From the NCBI RefSeq assembly GCF_035084215.1, contig NC_090344.1, positions 39,680,001 to 39,744,000 of the forward strand: DNA of 64,000 nucleotides, given 5' to 3'. Made by a program: the position numbers and the translations under genes. The DNA is from Heptranchias perlo (lineage: Eukaryota). The notes beneath the pieces are model-generated. The model saw only the letters and a list, made by a program, of their open reading frames with translations, was not told where the DNA came from and ran no database searches. Below are positions 62,143 through 64,000 of this stretch, piece after piece; the first letter of the stretch is position 1, and the number at the start of each line of letters is the position of its first letter.

Positions 62143-62365
62143 TTAAGAACTTAAGAAATAGGAACAGGAGTAGGCCATATGGCCCCTCGAGCCTGCTCCG
62201 CCATTCAATAAGATCATGGCTGATCTACCTCAACTCCACTTTCCTGCCCTATCCCCAAGTCCCTTGATTCCCTTAGTGTCCAAAAATCTATCGATCTCAA
62301 TCTTGAACATACTCAACAACTGAGTATCCACAGCCCTCTGGGGTAGAGAATTCCAAAGATTCCAA
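62143..62365 (-). mobile_element. CR1 3' end
   Basis: NLWNSLPQRAVDTQLLSMFKIEIDRFLDTKGIKGLGDRAGKWS*. The tail reads ttaagaacttaaga on +. Confidence 0.88.
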
Positions 62366-64000
62366 AGAATTGAAGAATAAATAAGTGGATAGCATTGATT
62401 GATCACTGGAATAGTAAAATTGTAAACTTTTGCTTTGAGAGCTCCCATGCTGTACGACATCTCCTTTTAAGAGTTTTTTTTAAAGGAGTAAGTAGTGTGA
62501 AAATATTGATGGCATAATTGCATTCTGATAACAGGTATTTTGGGACAGTGAAAGTTTAGGCCATTTACATTCAGGAGTGCTGTGGCTGACAGGGCAAGAA
62601 ACATGAATTTGTAGTAAACCATCAGGTAAAAGTGCCTTAAATTTCCCAATTTGTGGTGTGGTTCTCCATGGTTGGGCATGTTTACTGCAGTGCCACTCCC
62701 CATAGTTCATGCTATTAGAGTGGCCCAGCAGAGAAGGAGACCAATCAATGGTTCCACGCCGGCAAAAAATTGGTATTTACAACAAAATTAATTTAATTTA
62801 AAAACACTTGCCTCATACTCCTGCTGCACAAAAATCTGATGCACCTGGTTTGTCTCCATCTCTTATTCCTTGTGTTATAGAGTAAGACTGATCTCCGTGA
62901 CCTCTGGTTGTGATTCATTTCTAGGTGCTTGGCCCTTTGGATCATGTATGATTTTATAATCTTTCACAGGGGGATTTATCACCAGCATTAAGTTCAGTGT
63001 TGCAAGAAAGTGTTAGAATCATGTAAATCAAAGTACTTAACAACCGTAAGTGAGCCACCTGACCTTTAATGACTTACTGACTCTTGGCTGGCAGTAACTG
63101 AAGCAAAATGACATGCAAAATCCCACTGAGGCAAAGTCCAATTTCGTGGAGCATGAGCTGAAGAATTTATTGAAAGAAAAGACGCAATTATGAGCTTGTT
63201 GCTTCTCTATCCAATGCCAGGCAAGCGATTATCATTTTAAAATAAAACAAAAATTAATATTGTATGGTATTGCTGCAAGGTGGGCTTGTGCTGTGAAACT
63301 TTCAGTTTCTTCTGATAATTGTGTCATGCTTCTATCTGGAACTTTTCTTGCTGAATAAGTGCATACAGAAGATTGCTTAACTTGTACCAGGAGATTCACT
63401 AAAAGAGTTGAATGGAGGACAGTTTCTGTTTTATTACATTTTACTGGCCTTTGAATTATACAACAAAATATAACTTAAGTACTGGAACAAGTCTTAAAAT
63501 TGTACTTGCATTTAATTCCTGACAATTTACTAACAATGAATCCAAATAGTTCTCCATTTAAAAATGCAATGATTTACGGAGAGATAAAACAGATTTGTGA
63601 CTAAACCCTTCTCTTCAAGAGGAGATATATTGAATCCGACTTCAAGTATGGCTCAAATGGCACATGTTCAATGCCTTAAACCATCTGTAAGCTTATATTA
63701 GTCAGTTCTGTCCCTTAATATTTGGTTTAATCTCTACTTTTTCCACTAGAGTGCTAATGCTTAAAGCCTGTGATTAATTCACAGAGCAAACGCAGCTAAG
63801 CAGCAAGAAATGGCAAAAGTAGGTTGAAAGACAAAATAAGCAGTAATGCACCTGCCAAAATATTGCAGATGAGACCGCTCCATTGCCTGGAATTAACAAT
63901 CGAAACAGAAAATTATGGAAATGCGCAGCAGGTCAGTCAATATCTGAGAGGGAAAGATGGTTCAGCGTTCGAGGGGGGACCTGCCCTCAGATAGTTTCAG

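Overview
Eukaryotic, repeat-dense DNA. The CR1, L2, Penelope, Deu-type SINE and 69-bp satellite families suggest a cartilaginous fish (shark); this is inferred from recalled repeat content, not a search. I found no intact protein-coding gene. The main hidden feature is a three-coding-exon, intron-containing DUSP26-like phosphatase gene on the minus strand (exons about 47132-46947, 36330-36116 and 23404-23204). It carries two in-frame TAG stops, a GT->CT donor mutation and a +1 frameshift, but keeps the HCAVGISRS catalytic loop, so it looks like an unprocessed pseudogene. The rest is mostly transposon debris: many CR1 and L2 fragments, at least three SINE families, two Penelope-like families and Harbinger-like MITEs with ATT target duplications. 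One Penelope family has three TSD-flanked insertions; two carry hammerhead ribozyme cores and one is a perfect 93-bp palindrome. A 5.4-kb array of a 28-bp unit with higher-order structure accounts for all the long ORFs at 29-34.7 kb. Repeat boundaries were read by eye and are approximate.
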